From assembly GCA_027491915.1 (NCBI GenBank), contig JAOZGC010000002.1:384001-448000 (forward strand): a stretch of DNA of 64,000 nt, given 5' to 3'. Positions 63,388 to 64,000 of the stretch are shown one piece after another. The number at the start of each line of letters is the position of its first letter. Position 1 is the stretch's first letter. The notes under the pieces are model-generated. The model was given only the letters and a program-made list of their open reading frames with translations, searched no databases and was not told where the DNA came from. The DNA is from Thermoproteota archaeon. Its GTDB lineage: Archaea > Korarchaeota > Korarchaeia > Korarchaeales > Korarchaeaceae. A program made the translations under genes and the position numbers.

Positions 63388-64000
63388 TTGCTCGGATTTG
63401 CGTCTCCACCGGCCGCGGCCGCCGGCGGGTTGGTTACCCCCGCGCCGGTGCTGGTCCTCGCTTCTGTGGGGTTCTCCACCCTCCTCTCGAGGCTGCTGAC
63501 CACGCTGCCCCGCCTCACGTCCGGCCCGGGCCGGAGGCGCGCTGTGCTCGGCCCGGCCGTCGGGCTGGCCGCGCTGGTCGCCTCGTCGGCAGCCTTCCTC
63601 TGGGGGCTGGTGTCCCCGCCGTCGGGCCCGGCTTTGACGCTGGTCACACTGATCCTGGCGGTCGCGGGTCACCGGATGGCGTCTGGGGGGGTGCGATCCC
63701 GGCCCGGGGGCCGGTCCACCCGGATCGCGGCCGCCGCATGCGTCGCCTGCGCCCTGGGGACGGCCGCCTGGTCTTCCTGGTGCGGACTCCGGGCCGGGCG
63801 GCCGTCTTGGGACGCTGTAGACCTGGCCCTCGGCCTCGCGGCGCTCGCCCTGGCGGCGGCCGAGTCTACCCACGCGATCCGGGCCTCTCTCGGGGTTGGC
63901 AGCCCCATGGAGAGCCTCTTCCTCTCCTCCTCTTCCCTCCTGCCCGTCTACTCCCTCTCCCTCCTGATCCCGTGCGGTTCGGCCTCACCCTCCCCGACCT
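63388..64000 (+). CDS. Polytopic membrane protein, truncated by the window end (not in the ORF track)
   Basis: Frame open from TTG 63388 to the end; successive hydrophobic segments such as PVLVLASVGFSTLL and AVGLAALVASSAAFLWG. Confidence 0.6.
   Translation, partial: MLGFASPPAAAAGGLVTPAPVLVLASVGFSTLLSRLLTTLPRLTSGPGRRRAVLGPAVGLAALVASSAAFLWGLVSPPSGPALTLVTLILAVAGHRMASGGVRSRPGGRSTRIAAAACVACALGTAAWSSWCGLRAGRPSWDAVDLALGLAALALAAAESTHAIRASLGVGSPMESLFLSSSSLLPVYSLSLLIPCGSASPSPT

Noticed and set aside
1-64000. CRISPR arrays, IS elements, proviral genes, rRNA or tRNA
   Set aside because: No spaced repeats, transposase or integrase motifs, or structural RNA signatures were seen; intergenic gaps are mostly too short

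Overview
A very GC-rich, gene-dense archaeal chromosome segment. Archaeal origin is inferred from TATA-box promoters, frequent TTG/GTG starts, AGG/ATA codon preference, split GMP synthase, RNase HII with a PIP-box-like tail and a Pyrococcus-type ferredoxin; it is probably a thermophilic anaerobe. About 56 genes are supported; most other ORFs in the track are GC shadow frames. No rRNA, tRNA, CRISPR array, integrase or transposase was seen. The best candidate for an undescribed system is a nucleobase-catabolism region at about 16-41 kb. It has a YgeW-like knotted carbamoyltransferase and a BMP-type nucleoside ABC importer. These are followed by a tightly coupled operon of three paralogous tungstopterin AOR-family enzymes sharing an unusual QDGR motif, two 4x[4Fe-4S] subunits, a PreA/DHODH-like flavoprotein lacking the catalytic Cys and a PreT partner, and an allantoinase/hydantoinase. 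A YgeY-like M20 hydrolase lies nearby. This resembles the bacterial anaerobic purine-degradation (yge) cluster with AOR-family enzymes in place of xanthine dehydrogenase (inference). Other notable items are a canonical aor-moaD-cmo operon with a ModE-like palindrome, larBCE without larA, a CSLREA/beta-helix surface gene broken by a single G8 frameshift, an APC-USP/Lrp/USP/presenilin operon with a probable CTG start, and a Rieske-ferredoxin-cytochrome b cluster. All family calls come from motif recognition by eye, not from database searches.
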